The notes beneath the pieces were generated by a model. It made no database searches. It was not told the DNA's origin and worked only from the letters and a program-made list of their open reading frames with translations. A stretch of DNA of 64,000 bases from Squalus acanthias (Eukaryota): contig CM059431.1 in NCBI GenBank assembly GCA_030390025.1, positions 126,730,001 through 126,794,000 of the forward strand, read 5' to 3'. Shown here piece by piece: positions 63,135 to 64,000 of the stretch; position 1 is the first letter of the stretch; every line of letters starts with the position of its first letter. Made by a program: the position numbers and the translations under genes.

Positions 63135-63574
63135 TAACTCCAAGAAAGTTAGTGGAAATTTTAACTTATATTGCTGGTTGAAAAATGGATGATAGCGAAT
63201 TGGTAGCCCATTTAACACCTCACCCGATTTTCTTTTCCGTTGACTTCAAAAAGTTAGAATGACCCCCAAGGGATCTTACAAAAAAGGAAATGTTAAGTCT
63301 ACTATCAAAAGTTAATTGTTGAACGATTATGTCTCACTGATTATTTCATGATAAGTGGAATGAAATACAGGCTAAGCTTACGAACCCACATGCATTGCAA
63401 AATAGTGGTGCCAATTTTCTCTTGGGAAAAATCATCATCAGCCAGAAGTATCGAGTTGATGGTCCATTCCCGGCCTCCTGCTGAGGACCCCACCATGAAA
63501 AGACCTGGTAAATTAATCTGCAGGATGTCAAAATCTTTGCATTCTTTGTTCGGAAGTCAGTGATGAAAGGTCAT

Positions 63575-63975
63575 CAATTTAAAATTGTCACTAAGACAGT
63601 GAGAAGAAAAGTTGGGAGAAATATCTTTTTTTAGAGAGTTGTTGATGCATGTAATACTTTGGCACGGGGAGTGGTTGAGGCAGGGAGCATGGCACGTTTT
63701 AAATAAGAAGTGGATCTAATTTTAGGCACAGGAAAAATACAGGGATACAAGGAAAAAGCAGGACTCCTGACAAGGGGAGGTAGTCTATATCTATTCACCC
63801 TATCAAATCCTTCATAATGTAAAAAACCTCAATTAAATCTCCTCTTAACCTTCACCGCTACATTGGAAATAATCCCAGTGTTTCAAATCTCTCCTCATAA
63901 TTATATAATTTTCCATCCCGGGCTTCGTCCTGGTGAGTCTATGCTGAAAGCTCTCTATGCCTTTCTGGTCTGTTA
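63575..63975. mobile_element. Two old CR1 3' fragments (plus ~63575-63770; minus ~63790-63975)
   Basis: Degenerate RGH..K...FF..RVV..WN.L on plus; YEERFE.LGLF on minus. Confidence 0.55.
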
Positions 63976-64000
63976 AAATCTGCTTTGACCTCTTTGTCAG

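Noticed and set aside
877..63563. Numerous 60-200 aa ORFs in the track
   Set aside because: Antisense or alternate-frame shadows of TE sequence, or chance ORFs with non-ATG starts.

Overview
Eukaryotic, TE-saturated vertebrate DNA, almost certainly from a shark or ray, judging by the HE1/V-SINE, SacSINE1-type SINEs and many CR1 LINEs with short tandem-repeat tails. No host gene can be supported, and there is no prokaryotic system or CRISPR array. The window is a multi-level nest of transposons. (i) PIF/Harbinger DNA transposons: one apparently intact two-gene element (4550-8636, a spliced 458-aa Myb/SANT gene plus a 383-aa DDE transposase), one degenerate full-length element (42593-47161), and a series of derivatives and MITEs that lose the transposase core, some keeping Myb sequence. 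(ii) At least four LINE types: CR1 (one with an uninterrupted ORF2), a second CR1/L2-group LINE ('LINE-B') with a probable tRNA-like head, an RTE insertion with a twin-priming-type inversion, and a Tx1-type element split by four Harbinger insertions; there is also an L2 fragment. (iii) SINEs. The most unusual signals are Harbinger 3-bp TSDs that repeatedly differ only at the central base, an extended RAGAY-TYT target motif, transposase-less Myb-retaining subfamilies sharing one deletion breakpoint, and the SINE-like head on a single-ORF LINE. Family names come from manual motif recognition; no database search was run.
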